A DNA stretch of 64,000 nt from Candidatus Latescibacterota bacterium (GCA_965219995.1 CBDCOX010000002.1:2848001-2912000), one strand, 5' to 3'. Shown: positions 30,234 to 39,723, counted from the stretch's first letter. The notes: generated by a model from the letters alone, not told the origin. Program-made: numbers and translations.

Positions 30234-31195
30234 TGCCCCACGTTACGTATGCCCAGGCCATCAGCGACGCCATACGGGAAGAAATCGCCCGTGACGAGCG
30301 CGTCTTCACCATCGGCGAGGATATCGGCCCGGTACGCGATCCTCAAAGCCTCTGGGACCAGTTCCGCGAGCGCCGCACGTGGCAGACCCCCATTTCCGAA
30401 TCGGGCTTCGTGGGACTGGCGGTCGGCGCCGCCATGACCGGCCTGCGTCCGGTTGCGGTCATCATGTATTGCGATTTCGTCACCGTGTGCATGGACCCCA
30501 TTGTCAACCAGGCCGCCAAGATTCATCTGATGTCCGGCGGCAACGTCAACGTCCCGCTGGTGATCCGCACGCCGGGCGGGGCCGGCACGCGCGAGGCCGG
30601 CCATCACAGCCAGAGCCTCGAGAGCTGGTTCGTCCATACGCCCGGGCTGAAAGTGGTCATGCCCGCCACTGCCGCCGACGCCAAGGGCCTGATGAAGGCC
30701 GGCATCCGGGACGACGGCCCGGTCGTATTCATCCAGCACCGGCTGCTGGGCGATATCGAAGAAGCCGTACCGGACGGCGATCACGTCGTTCCGTTAGGCA
30801 GGGCCGACGTCAAGCGAGAGGGCGCCGACGTGACTGTCGTCGCCGTTTCCTACGCGCTGCCGAAGACGCTTCAGGCGGCTGAGTCCCTCTACCCTGAGAT
30901 CGGCGTGGAAGTGATCGATCCCCGCACGCTCGTCCCGCTCGACGTGGACACCATTCTCCGCTCGGTAAAGAAAACCGGCCGCCTGCTGGTCGTACACGAA
31001 GCGCCGGCGCGCGGCGGTGTTGGCGCCGAAATCGTCCGGCAGATTACCGAAAAAGGGTTTGAACTCCTTCGCGAACCCCCTCGCGTGCTCGGCGGCCTGA
31101 ATACGCCGATGCCCTACAGCGCCCCGCTCGAAGACGCCTGCCTGCCCCAACCCGACGACATCGCCGAAGCCATCAGAAACTGCGCCCGCGGTTAG
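30233..31195 (+). CDS. TPP-dependent dehydrogenase E1 beta subunit
   Basis: GEDIG, TPISESGF, HHSQS, EVIDPRTLVPLD; TAATG overlap with the alpha gene. Confidence 0.92.
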   Translation: MPHVTYAQAISDAIREEIARDERVFTIGEDIGPVRDPQSLWDQFRERRTWQTPISESGFVGLAVGAAMTGLRPVAVIMYCDFVTVCMDPIVNQAAKIHLMSGGNVNVPLVIRTPGGAGTREAGHHSQSLESWFVHTPGLKVVMPATAADAKGLMKAGIRDDGPVVFIQHRLLGDIEEAVPDGDHVVPLGRADVKREGADVTVVAVSYALPKTLQAAESLYPEIGVEVIDPRTLVPLDVDTILRSVKKTGRLLVVHEAPARGGVGAEIVRQITEKGFELLREPPRVLGGLNTPMPYSAPLEDACLPQPDDIAEAIRNCARG

Positions 31196-31244
31196 CCTCG
31201 CCCGGCGCCGAAATGGCCGCCCCTTCCCGCCGCAACTTCCACCC

Positions 31245-31735
31245 GACTGTCATCAGGAAGAATCCGTTGTGAGGGTGGGGCAGACATTCCTGTCTGCCCG
31301 CTTCGCTCAGACTGAAAGGCTGACCAATGGCCAATGCTGTCATCCTGAGGAAGCCTGCCTGCCAGAGGTTCATTGGCGAGCTGGCTGACGAAGGATCTAC
31401 TGCGGCATCGCTTGATGCTTTAGCGTCTCTTGTCATTCGCCGTGACCTGGCGGGCGGCACGTCTGCGCCCACACGGTCAGGCCAAGGTGGCGCGAGTGTT
31501 GAAGGGATCTCGCGATACGGGCATTTCGACAAGCTCAATGACCACGTTTTGGTAGGCGATCTTAGACTCCGTTCGGAATGACATGCTGGCCGACCGGTAG
31601 AACCGTTGTAAGTGAACTCCCCGTTGCTGATAACAAGAGGCGGCGGAGTTGTTTTTGAAGGTGGGGCGGACATTCCTGTCTGCCCGCTTCGCTCAGACAG
31701 AAAGGCTGACCAATGGCCAAACCTGTCATTGTAAT
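31245..31735. repeat. Composite REP-like array 1
   Basis: Two GGTGGGGC(A/G)GACATTCCTGTCTGCCC units (31274, 31660), a TGTCATCCTGAGG...CGAAGGATCT block (31337-31470) and a TTCGACAAGCTCA unit; blocks recur at 35, 38 and 42 kb. Confidence 0.85.
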
Positions 31736-31837
31736 GCCGCCTGAATCTCTTCGAATCAAAGTTGAGACTGCGGCGCCCGTCGGTCACCCCTATCGATACG
31801 CCGGCGTGAATGCCGGCATCCGTTGCACAACCGAAAA

Positions 31838-32066
31838 GGGCGATATATCGTTATGGGGGCGATATATCGCCCTTACGTTGTAACTGACTGTTTTTAATTT
31901 ATTAAAATTGACAACCGAGCCAGGCTGATTGTCACAGGGCGAAATATCGTCCGACAATTCAGCCTGGCTCGTTTTGTTATTTCGTCTTGTGATACTTCTA
32001 TCCCGCATTAAAACAATAGCTTACAATCATAATCGCGCAAGCGACATCTAGTGGCACACGTATTGC
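31838..32066 (+). promoter_or_regulatory. Sigma54 (-24/-12) promoter with IHF-like site and upstream palindromic enhancer candidates
   Basis: TGGCAC-ACGTA-TTGC at 32052-32066; AAACAATAGCTTA near 32011-32023; GGGCGATATATCGCCC at 31857-31872 plus variants at 31838 and 31937. Confidence 0.72.
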
Positions 32067-32414
32067 CTTTATATAGACGATTCATTCGGCAGACCCGACT
32101 GCAGTGCGGCGGCCGGAGTAACAGCGTCGAGTCTATGAACATGCCGTTGCGCGACACTTTCAATAATCGTCGGGCTGTACGACGAGAGTTATCGCGAGGG
32201 TCAAGAGCTACCCCTAAAGATGTAGAAATGCCAATGTGCGAAGGTTTGTGACCGGCGCAAAACGGCCGGCCGGTGCCGGTCGCAAATGACCACATCACCC
32301 CGCCGTACGTGCCCTGACGTCGCCGAATCCGGACAGCGAAGCACGCTGGACATGGCACCGAATGTCGCAAAATGCAACAGTTCGCAATTCACCATCACGA
32401 GAGGAGAAAGTGCT

Positions 32415-34976
32415 ATGAAGTCGATCGTATTTCATCTGGTTTTGTGGGCGATGCTCCCGTCAACAGACACTGCAGCGTCGCCTGTGCCCGAGGGTACTCA
32501 TTTCCACCTGCCTGCCGATCCCGACGGACGCGAGCGTATTCACCTGGAGGCGGCCGGCAAGCCGACGCTCTCGAATCAGGGCGAGCCGCGCACCGTACGG
32601 ATGATCTACTACGTGGCGCAGGGCAGCGCATTCAGGCAGGAGACCGTGGATGCGATGAAAGATGCGATCAGGAAGGTGCAGACCCTTTATGCCGAGCAGA
32701 TACGGGTACATGGGTTCGGCGAGAAAACCATGCGCTATGAGACGGATTCGCAGGGCAGCCCGTTGGTCCACGTTGTAAATGGCGACAGGCGTTATCGCGA
32801 CCATTGGGACGCGCTACAACAGATTTTCGAAGAGGGTTTCGATTTCGATGCCAACGTCTACTTCATCGTGGTTGGTGATGATGAAGACCTTGCCACGGGA
32901 AACGTCCTGGCGTTGGGCTTAAAGAACTCAAGAGTCGGCGGATGGGCCGTGTTGACACAAGTCATCGACGAGAATTTCGTCTCCAGAGTCGCCCACGAAC
33001 TGGGTCATGCTTTCGGATTGTGGCACAGTTTCAAAGATGGCGGGTACGTGATGTCATACGGTCCCGGACAAACCAGATTATCGGAGTTCAGTGCGGGGCA
33101 CCTGGCCGTACATCCCTATTTCAATGCCGACAGCCCGATCGAGGATGAGCTGTCGCCACCGGTAGCGTACGTCACTTCGCGCCGATCCTATTCCGCCGGT
33201 CAAAGCAGCGTGCCCGTACAGCTCGACATCAACAGTGAGTACGGCATTCAGCAGGTCTCTTACTTCGTCACCACACAGGAGCCCCACTTTTCCGCCGGTT
33301 CTCCTGAATTGAAGGGCGGTCGCATGTTGGAGGGTGTCCGGAATGCCGTCGTCGATTTCGCGTATGACGGCCTCATTCCATCTGATGTTGCGGGCGTTAT
33401 CGATTTGTCCAGCCTTCGCACACATCGGATCTTTATCGAGACCGTCGACCTGCGCGGGAACATTGGCCAATCGGGGCTTACCCTCCTGCATGACTCGACA
33501 CACAGGCTGATCATCCCTCTCGACAGGCGGCCGGAAACGAGGAACGGGGCCTGTTGGGTCGCGTTTTCGCCCGACGGCGGGACCCTTGCCGCAGCGACGG
33601 AGGGCTCGCGGTCGCAGAACAACTCGGTCAGGCTGTGGAACGCAGAGACCGGCGATCACCTTGCCACGCTTGGAGGCGACGAGAACCGGGGGTATTTCGA
33701 TCGCGTCCACTCCGTGGCCTATTCGCCTGACGGGACACACCTCGCTTCCGGAACATGGGACGGCATGGTCAGGCTATGGGACGTCGCGAAGAGAACCGAA
33801 ATCGCCGCATTCGAGCACGCAGGATTGGACGGCCGGATCTATAGCCTGGCCTTTTCGCCCGACGGGACCATGCTGGCGTCAGGCGCGCTCGACGACTGGT
33901 CAAACCCGACGGAATATACGATCAAGCTCTGGGACGTCGCAGCGAAAACCCACGCAGGCACCTTCAGAGGGCACCTAAACGGTATCTACACGATTGCATT
34001 TTCCCCCGATGGCAAGACCATTGCGTCGGGCGCTTTTGACAGCACAATCAGGCTGTGGGACGTGGCGACGAGATCCCAGATTGCCCTCGGCTACGCCTGG
34101 GAGGCGGTCACCTGGGTTTCCTTTTCGCCCGATGGAAAGACCCTCGTATCAGGCGCTTTTGACAACTTCGTCCGTATCTGGGACGTTTCGGTAAGCGGCC
34201 GCGTGACGAATCTCGCCGGGTTCAAGGTAACAGGCGATCATATTCTCCGTTGCGTGTCATTTTCTCCGGACGGCGAAAGGATTGTAACCATAACCCAGGG
34301 GGGAGATATTGAAATCTGGGATGTCCCGGATATCGACGCGATCGATCCCTCGAGGCCGCTAGAAGACATCGTGCTCCGGGAGAAAATCCCGGGCCACTCA
34401 TTTGGGACCTTTCAGGGGACGTTTTCTCCGGAAGGCACCACGTTCGCCACGGCGTCCGGAACATATGGAAAGGCGGACTACGCGATTGTCCTGTGGGACA
34501 TGTCGCAGCACGTCACGCCCGTGACTCATATCCCGGACGTCAACCTCAAGGCGGCTGTTCGAGGAGTACTCGGCAAGTCGGGATACGGGCCCGTCACCCA
34601 GGCCGAAATGGCACGTCTGACCACGCTTGACGTGAGCGACCGCAACGTCCGCGACCTGCAGGGCCTGGCATTCGCAACGGGGTTGACGCACCTGAACCTC
34701 AATGGCAATCCCTTGAACGCAGCCGCCCTCAACACGCACATACCCGCCCTGGAAGCCCGGGGCGTGGAGGTCCTGTTCGACAGGCCTGCGACGCCGACGC
34801 CGGACTTCAACGGTGACGGGACAGTGGACTTCGGCGATTTTCTGCTGTTTGCACGCGGGTTCGGAGCGCGACGGGGCGACCAGGGATACGACGCACGTTT
34901 CGACCTGGACGGAAACGGCGAGATCGGATTTACCGACTTTCTGAAATTTGCCACTGAATTCGGCAAGAGCGTGTAG
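32415..34976 (+). CDS. Secreted multidomain protein: zincin metallopeptidase + WD40 propeller + LRR + dockerin/EF-hand-like tail
   Basis: HELGHAFGLWH, about seven FSPDG...W(D) repeats, internalin-like LTTLDVSDRNVRDLQGL, C-terminal DFNGDGTVDFGDF...DLDGNGEIGFTDF; GAGGAG RBS. Confidence 0.88.
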   Translation: MKSIVFHLVLWAMLPSTDTAASPVPEGTHFHLPADPDGRERIHLEAAGKPTLSNQGEPRTVRMIYYVAQGSAFRQETVDAMKDAIRKVQTLYAEQIRVHGFGEKTMRYETDSQGSPLVHVVNGDRRYRDHWDALQQIFEEGFDFDANVYFIVVGDDEDLATGNVLALGLKNSRVGGWAVLTQVIDENFVSRVAHELGHAFGLWHSFKDGGYVMSYGPGQTRLSEFSAGHLAVHPYFNADSPIEDELSPPVAYVTSRRSYSAGQSSVPVQLDINSEYGIQQVSYFVTTQEPHFSAGSPELKGGRMLEGVRNAVVDFAYDGLIPSDVAGVIDLSSLRTHRIFIETVDLRGNIGQSGLTLLHDSTHRLIIPLDRRPETRNGACWVAFSPDGGTLAAATEGSRSQNNSVRLWNAETGDHLATLGGDENRGYFDRVHSVAYSPDGTHLASGTWDGMVRLWDVAKRTEIAAFEHAGLDGRIYSLAFSPDGTMLASGALDDWSNPTEYTIKLWDVAAKTHAGTFRGHLNGIYTIAFSPDGKTIASGAFDSTIRLWDVATRSQIALGYAWEAVTWVSFSPDGKTLVSGAFDNFVRIWDVSVSGRVTNLAGFKVTGDHILRCVSFSPDGERIVTITQGGDIEIWDVPDIDAIDPSRPLEDIVLREKIPGHSFGTFQGTFSPEGTTFATASGTYGKADYAIVLWDMSQHVTPVTHIPDVNLKAAVRGVLGKSGYGPVTQAEMARLTTLDVSDRNVRDLQGLAFATGLTHLNLNGNPLNAAALNTHIPALEARGVEVLFDRPATPTPDFNGDGTVDFGDFLLFARGFGARRGDQGYDARFDLDGNGEIGFTDFLKFATEFGKSV

Positions 34977-35019
34977 ACGCAAGACGATGAGGCGTCGATT
35001 GTGGCCGCCGGGCTGGCAC

Positions 35020-35680
35020 TCAAAGGCCTGGAGTCACGCCAAAGTGGAGGCGATGAAAAAGCCGTTGTGAAGGTGGAGCAGACATTCCTGTCTGCCAACG
35101 TGCGAATAACCTGTCATCCTGAGGACGCCCGGCCTGCCAGTGTATCATCGGCAGGCAGGCCGACGAAGGATCTACTGCGGCATCGCGTGATGTCCGAGCG
35201 TCCTTTGTCATTCGCCGTGACCTGGCAGGCGGCACGTCTGCGCCTTCACGACCACTCCGAGGAAGCGCACGCAATGAGCGCGGTTCAACGCCGCAATCAC
35301 TCCCCCCTTGAGGGGGAGTCGCAGAAGCCGAGCCGGTCCCTGAGCCTGTCGAAGGGTCGAAGGGCCGGCGATGGCTGATGCGGTGGGGGGTGTCAGTTCC
35401 ACCCATATAGAATGACATGTCGATCTATCGTCATCCGGGAAGTGGATCCGTCGCGGGAGGCCGGGCGCCCACAAGGGACGCCCCTACAGGCCACGTAGAT
35501 CGATACAGCGATGCCGACGCTTGATCAGGTGGAGCAAACTGTCAGTTTGCTCCACGGTCGACAGGCCGCTCGCTGTGACGTACTAAGCGTGCCTTAGCCT
35601 AGAACGCCGCGAGATCGACAACATTGGCTATTTGCAGGAAGTTGGTTTGACGGTGAGGCGGACATTCCTTTCTGCCCGCA
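35020..35680. repeat. Composite REP-like array 2
   Basis: GGTG REP at 35072 and 35652, GTCATCCTGAGG block 35111-35244, CTCCCCCCTTGAGGGGGAG, CCCTGAGCCTGTCGAAGGG, GCCCACAAGGGACGCCCCTAC, GTGGAGCAAACTGTCAGTTTGCTCCAC. Confidence 0.82.
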
Positions 35681-35947
35681 CGGATGGTTCTACTTTGGGA
35701 TAGGCGACAGAAAAATAGACAGACCCGACTCTGATCCGGCATCCGGTCGCCCTCGACACACTCAGGCGGTTTCTCCCTCACCCTGGATTTGCATGTTGCC
35801 GGGGGCGACCAGAAAAGATGTTTCCGGTACCAATCGTCGGCGCCGACGTGCGTGATGCCTGGGGTTGTTTTCCCGTAGCGCATCCAACAATCATCCTGAT
35901 ACGCCCGGGTTACGGGACATTCGTGACACACGGGAGGGAAAGTCAAA

Positions 35948-37613
35948 ATGCGGACATCAACCAGGTGGTTCCGGGTATTCATCCTGCCAATCATTTTCAT
36001 CCAGTTAATCCTGATCGGTTTTGTCACCGTCGCATCCGCCCAGCTCCCGCCAGACATCCTTGCGGACAAACACCTGATCCACGCGGAACAGCTTCATGCC
36101 GCCAAGGACTATGCGGGCGCCTTCGAAGTGATGCAGAAGATCATCGCACTGCAAAAGGAGCACGATCTGACAGTACCCGATGACTTTCATTTCAAGTATG
36201 CGCGCGTGGCTCTGTCAGCGGATTCAATGCAGATCGCGCTTGAATCCGTGAGCAATTATCTGTCGGCGACGGGGAAAGAAGGCGAGTTCTACCAGGAGGC
36301 CCTGAAGGTGATGCTCAAGGCCGAAGGCAACGAAGTCGTTTCTGCGGAGGATTTCTATAATGATGTCATTAAGACTCAGGGAACCTGCGAGGGATTTCCG
36401 GTAGGGGCCAAATGCTGGACCTCGCTGACGAACCACACTGAATGCTTCGTATGGAACGAATACCTTTCGGAAGGCGAGACTGCTATATGGACTGGCAAGT
36501 GTTCAGGCCACATACCCGATGGGGAGGGGACCCTTACTTGGTATGAACAGATAGAGAAAGACGGCAAAAGGAAAAAAGTAGAAAGCGAAGAAAGTACAGG
36601 GGTCTTCAGGAAAGGCAAAAGGGAGGGTAAATGGGTCGATCGGTGGCCTGGGGATAGGTATGCAAAAGAGAGTCTTTATGTGAATGGCAAACAGACCGGT
36701 CCATGGTTCGATTGGTACGAAGATTACAATAAAGTAGCAGGTTTGCGTATCTACGCCGGGTCTATCATGATCATGTCACTGAGAGACCCCGACGCTTGGT
36801 CCGTAGAACATGAAGGCCCTGATGAAAATGGTGACGGCCACATAGACATTCGTGCCCGGGACGGTAGCGTATTGGGCGGATCATATGCGGCCTACAATCC
36901 GCACGGGAAATGGGTCGAACGAGGTTATTTCGATAAGAGCCTGTATGTAGAGAGAGAAGGCGTGTACGTCGATGGCAAGAAGGAAGGCCAATGGGTCCAC
37001 CGCCATTCAAACGGCAGTGTAGGCGGGGGTAATTTTAAGGACGGCAAAGCACACGGCGAATGGGTGTTTTTCGGCGTACATTGGGACGGCGGCTGGTTTG
37101 AAAATAAGGGTGCCTTTGTTGATGGCAAGCCACACGGGGAATGGGTCTATCGACACTCAAGCGGGTTCGAAACTAAGGGTGCCTATGTTGATGGAATAAA
37201 ACACGGCGAATGGGTGGAATTCCGAATATGGAAGGGGGGGGGGCATCTGGGAAGAAGATAAGGGTCCCTATGTTAATGACAAACGACATGGAGATTGGGT
37301 CATTCGATCCTCAAGCGGGAGTGAAGAAAAGGGTCCCTATGTTAATGACAAACGACATGGAGATTGGGTCATTCGATCCTCAAGCGGGAGTGAAGAAAAG
37401 GGTCCGTATGTTGATGGAAAAAAACACGGTGACTGGGTCAATCGATACTCAGACGGGGCCAGAAGTAAAGGTTCCTATAAAGACGGAGAACGTGAAGGTA
37501 TCTGGCTGATTTACGAAAGAAATAAGGAATGCTATTTCAATACATATCGTGATGGCGACCGGGTAAACCAAAAAAAGGTCAAGAAGAAGATATGTCAACA
37601 GGAGGCGTGGTGA
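35948..37613 (+). CDS. Secreted helical-domain + MORN-like repeat protein, frameshifted at a G10 tract
   Basis: Signal peptide, G.Y.DGK..G.W repeats. The annotated frame stops at 37261, but the repeats continue in the +1 frame to TGA 37611-37613; G10 at 37234-37243. Confidence 0.8.
37260..37405 (+). repeat. Perfect 69-bp tandem duplication (one 23-aa MORN unit)
   Basis: 37260-37328 is identical to 37329-37397 (KGPYVNDKRHGDWVIRSSSGSEE). Confidence 0.95.
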
Positions 37614-37699
37614 GCGAAACCGATGAATGTGCAGGTCCATTCATAACGGTGTCTGGGTTGGCATATGAAATAGAACGGCAGGGCTGAATGCGCGCCGCC

Positions 37700-37858
37700 A
37701 ACACGTGCGTGCCGCCATGTCCGCGGATTCAGTCAGGATCGCACTCGCGGCGTTGATCACGTACCTCGTAGTAGTGGGCAAAGACGGCGCGTTCTACAAG
37801 GAGGCACTGGCTCTATCGCTCGAGACGGAGGAGGAGTTGGAGTTGCCTGAGATCCTCG
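37700..37858 (+). pseudogene. Relic of a paralogous N-terminal helical domain
   Basis: RAAMSADSVRIALAALITYLVVVGKDGAFYKEAL aligns to RVALSADSMQIALESVSNYLSATGKEGEFYQEAL of the 35948 protein. Confidence 0.72.
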
Positions 37859-37911
37859 TGTCACGGATCGCCCTAATGAGGCCACCTATGATCGGCATAA
37901 TGGAGCCACCT
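37859..37911 (+). mobile_element. Possible isolated IS21-family end
   Basis: Starts TGTCA, then two 22-nt repeats 24 bp apart (GATCGCCCTAATGAGGCCACCT / GATCGGCATAATGGAGCCACCT); no istA/istB in the window. Confidence 0.45.
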
Positions 37912-38049
37912 GGAAGTGGCGATTTTAGGGTTTCGGAAGGGGCATATAATTAGTGTTCTTGGGCCTCCTTTCCAAGGTGTTTTTTGGTGATCGTGGTAGG
38001 GGTTTGGGTGCACGGAAGCTTTCGCCGTCGAGGATGACGCGATAGGCGC

Positions 38050-39028
38050 GTAGACCTCTCCCCCCAACCCCCTCTCCCAAGGGGAGAGGGGGAGAAAATC
38101 GGCTGACGGCTTTCAATAGCCACTCTGAAGGTGGGGCAGACATTCCTGTCTGCCCGCGTCGCTCTGAATGACAGGCCGGCCGATCGCCTAACCTGTCGAC
38201 CTGAGGAGGCCCAATCGCCAACGATGTCTCCGCGCCAATGTGTTTAGCGCGTTGTTGCGTTAAGGGCAATCGAGACGGGAGATTCTTCGCTTCGCTCAGA
38301 ATGACATGTTTTGCAAGAACCATTGGCGAGATGTTTCGGTAACACCTTCGCCTGTACTGTCATCCTGAGGAAGCCCGCCTGCCAGCGAATTATTGGCAAG
38401 CGGGCTGACGAAGGATCTACTGCGGCATCGCTTGATGCTTGAGCGTCATTTGTCATTCGCCGTGACGTAGCACGCGGCACGTCTGCGCCTACACGGGACG
38501 ACCCTACAAGGGCCAGAGAGAGTCGCGCGAAGCTGGAGACGACGGCAATGCCGCTGTGAAGGTGGGGCAGACATTCCTGTCTGCCGGCCTCGCTGTTCAT
38601 CCTGAGGCGGCGCCAGGGAAACCAGGCCTCCGCGCATAGGGGTCGGTGAAGGCTTCCGCTGCACGTCAACCCGTGAAGACGGGAGATTCTTCGCTCCGCT
38701 CAGAATGACATGTCTTGCAATAGGCATAAGCGAAGAGTTTCGGACACACGTTTGCAAGTCCTGTCATCCTGAGGAGTCACGCCAAATTGGTGGCGATGAA
38801 AGAGCCGTTGCGAGGGTAGGGCAGACATTCCCGTCTGCCGGCCTCGCGTCGTACGGGATGCCTGAAAGCGGGCATTTCGACAAGCCACGTCGGCAAGCTC
38901 AGCGCAAGCAATGACCACGCGTTGGTAGGCGTTTTTCAGGTGAGTTCAGGATGACATGCCTTGCAATGGACATACGCGAAGTGTAACGGTCATACCTGCG
39001 CCAAACCGGTCATCCTGAGGAAGCCCGC
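38050..39028. repeat. Composite REP-like array 3 (about 1 kb, the largest)
   Basis: CCCTCTCCC..GGGAGAGGG unit, three GGTG REPs, two GAGATTCTTCGCT(T/C)CGCTCAGAATGACA units, several TCATCCTGAGG heads, one TTCGACAAGC unit. Confidence 0.88.
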
Positions 39029-39273
39029 TACTTGCCCCGTCGCCCCCGCCCCTTGATTCTGCGCCGCTGGTTGCTGACCAGGGTGACGAGTTCCCGCGTA
39101 GAGATGTCCGCCTGGATTGAGGGGACGTCCAGCGGCGATCCGGAAGGCCGTTCCGGCACGAGCGCGTAGGTCCTGCCGTCTTTTCGACGTATGAGGACCC
39201 TTCCCGTCGCCTCGGCTTTGTCGAGTACGGTTGAGAAATTCTGTCTGGCTTCCGAGTAAGTATACACGTCCAT
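39028..39273 (-). CDS. Phd/YefM family antitoxin
   Basis: MDVYTYSEARQNFSTVLDKA...VLIRRKDG, 81 aa, coupled to the PIN gene. Confidence 0.85.
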   Translation of the reverse strand: MDVYTYSEARQNFSTVLDKAEATGRVLIRRKDGRTYALVPERPSGSPLDVPSIQADISTRELVTLVSNQRRRIKGRGRRGK

Positions 39274-39274
39274 T

Positions 39275-39673
39275 CTAACCCTCCAAACCGACGAGCCTGA
39301 TACCCAATGAGGTTGCGGTCCGGCCAAGCGTTCGGTCCAGCGTCAACAGTGGCGCACCATGTCGCAAAGCGCAGTCCAGAAAATATGCGTCGAACGCGTA
39401 TGCGTTCACCTGGGCAGCGATGGACAGGACATTCGACATGTCGACGTTCACGTATTGAACCGGAATGCTTTCCAGAATCTCCAGGCCGCGCTGAGCATCC
39501 GCGACGCGAACGCGGCGCTGTCTGATCATTGCCGAGAACGCATTGCCGATTTCCCACGGGATGGACCCGGGTCCAATGAGCGTATGCCCCGACGTAGCTG
39601 CGATAATCGCATCTCTTTCCGGCTCAGCTACAATTACCGCAATGATTGCTGACGTGTCGATCACGACGTTCAC
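39275..39673 (-). CDS. PIN-domain (VapC-like) toxin
   Basis: VIDTSAII, WEIGNA, AFDAYFL, LLTLD acidic PIN residues; GTG start with GGAGA RBS. Confidence 0.9.
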   Translation of the reverse strand: MNVVIDTSAIIAVIVAEPERDAIIAATSGHTLIGPGSIPWEIGNAFSAMIRQRRVRVADAQRGLEILESIPVQYVNVDMSNVLSIAAQVNAYAFDAYFLDCALRHGAPLLTLDRTLGRTATSLGIRLVGLEG

Positions 39674-39694
39674 GATGTTCTCTCCAGATACTAT

Positions 39695-39723
39695 CAATTG
39701 TACAATTGTCAGAACAATGTCAA
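39695..39723 (-). promoter_or_regulatory. TA promoter with overlapping palindromic operator
   Basis: Perfect palindrome CAATTGTACAATTG at 39695-39708; minus-strand TTGACA-N15-TACAAT (short spacer). Confidence 0.55.

Noticed and set aside
31173-31787. ORFs inside the repeat arrays (also 35001-35418, 37925-38918, 42384-43000)
   Set aside because: Translations of palindromic repeats (HVILSEAKNL, GQTGMSAPP recurring), with no RBS or coding signal.
32250-32300. c-di-GMP-I riboswitch in the leader
   Set aside because: GCAAA occurs, but the GGCAAAC...GAAA tetraloop/receptor arrangement is absent.
37210-37509. Separate 99-aa repetitive ORF
   Set aside because: Off-frame reading of the MORN duplication; the meaningful frame begins at 37251.
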